A stretch of 64,000 nucleotides of DNA, taken from positions 5,608,782 through 5,672,781 of the forward strand of contig NC_068989.1 in assembly GCF_001194135.2 (NCBI RefSeq), written 5' to 3'. This stretch comes from Octopus bimaculoides (taxonomy: Eukaryota). The position numbers were made by a program, and so were the translations under genes. Every line of letters begins with the position of its first letter. Position 1 is the stretch's first letter. Positions 62,575 to 64,000 of this stretch are shown here, in pieces. The notes under the pieces are model-generated. The model did no database searches. It worked only from the letters and a program-made list of their open reading frames with translations, and was not told the DNA's origin.

Positions 62575-64000
62575 CATCATCATCATCATCCGTTATACAA
62601 TAACCATGTGATGAAATAACTTTAGCAACAACAACAACAAACAATAGAACAACACATACTCTACCCCAGTGTTTCCCCAATTGGAGCCATATTATCCTAA
62701 AGGTGCTATGGCAAAATTCAATAGGAACACAGGAAAAAAATGGGGAATTAGGAGTGGAGAACAGGCTCAGTAAAGGGGGATGCACAACTACCTTGCTGTC
62801 TCTTTCTAAAATTTTCCATTGCAGTCTGTTTTTCTTTAAAATTTACACGCAAATACACACTTACACCATGGGCTTGGGAACAGGAGGCGTAGGGGAGCAA
62901 GCACACTTTAAAATTTAGTGGTGGTGGTGGTGGTAGTGGGGCAATGAAGACACTTTGAACATTCTCCTGAAAAACTGGGTTTGCACCCCTTTAGCAAATT
63001 TCATTGCTGCACATATGAATTACACACACACACACACACATAATGCATTTCTACATCTTAAGTTGCATCATGACAGAAAAAAAAAATAAAAGGATTTCAT
63101 TTGACACCTTGATAATAATTTTTCCTTGATGAATAAAGTATCAAGTTGGCGCTGGAAAGTCTTGTATGAATTAAATATTAGTGCTTTGAAGTTCAGTATA
63201 TCCAGTGACAATCTCTGAGGGTAATTGCCTGCATTACTTTGAGATAGTGTTGTAATGTTTCTGAATAGCAAGCAGCTTAGGGAAGACATCCTAACTGCCA
63301 AATATCACAGATTCTATTTTACAAATATATTTGAAAAGCTAAATTCGCTGCACAAACAGTGATAAGGTAAAATTAATTTACGAACGTTGGGCCTCACGGA
63401 AGCAATGATCAAGACCTTTGGAATTATGTCTTACTTGAGAAGAAGACCCATCAAGCTGAGCAAAATCGTAGTTGTAGCAGATACTGGTGTCACGCAAATG
63501 ACATCCGTGCCAGTGGCATGTAAAAGCACCCATTACACTCTTGAAGTGGTTGGCATTAGGAAGGGCATTTAGCTGTAGAGAACCATGCCAAATCAGACTG
63601 GAGTCTGGAGCAGCCTTTCAGTGTGCCAGCCCAGTCAAACTGTCCAACCCATGCCAGCATGGACAGCAAATGTTAAATGATGATGATGATGATGATGCTA
63701 TAAGTGTTTCGTTTGGAAAACCTAATCTATTTAGGAGAAATACTGGGTGGTGGTGATGGTGGGAGGGAAACACAGTGACAAACACACACATGCATCAGCA
63801 TGGCCGCAGCTCTAAGCTAAAACTATAAAACAAAAAAAAAAATACACACACACACACGTTTCCTATTTCTTTACCTATTCTTTACCTATTTCATCCGGCG
63901 TGCTAATGTTTCTGCCAGCTCACCGCCTTATACACACATGATGTTTCCATCTACCAAAACCACCCACAAGTAGAAGACACTAACCCAAGGTGCCACACAG

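Overview
AT-rich, microsatellite-dense animal genomic DNA from a gapped draft assembly (16 N-runs). The SINE and LINE content looks like octopus (coleoid cephalopod); this is inferred from recognising the repeats, not tested. One protein-coding gene is well supported: a minus-strand C7orf25/UPF0415 (DUF1308) orthologue. It has five phase-compatible GT-AG exons (35787-35553, 16144-15008, 9666-9482, 7150-7070, 6441-6247; 1833 nt, 610 aa plus stop). Its first coding exon was not found, and its linker carries a large in-frame acidic/Ser-rich expansion. The rest is mostly tRNA-derived SINEs and decayed RTE, R4/NeSL-like, Tx1-like, Tc1/mariner and MITE remnants. The most unusual signal is two copies of a ~500-bp palindromic element (8744-9272, 16218-16719). 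Each arm is a Pol III tRNA-like head followed by a minimal Penelope-type hammerhead ribozyme, and one arm of each copy has an unpaired 35-39 nt tail. One ribozyme (16626-16671, +) is intact. The two elements bracket two C7orf25 exons. Most long ORFs in the supplied track are artefacts of simple repeats or N-gaps.
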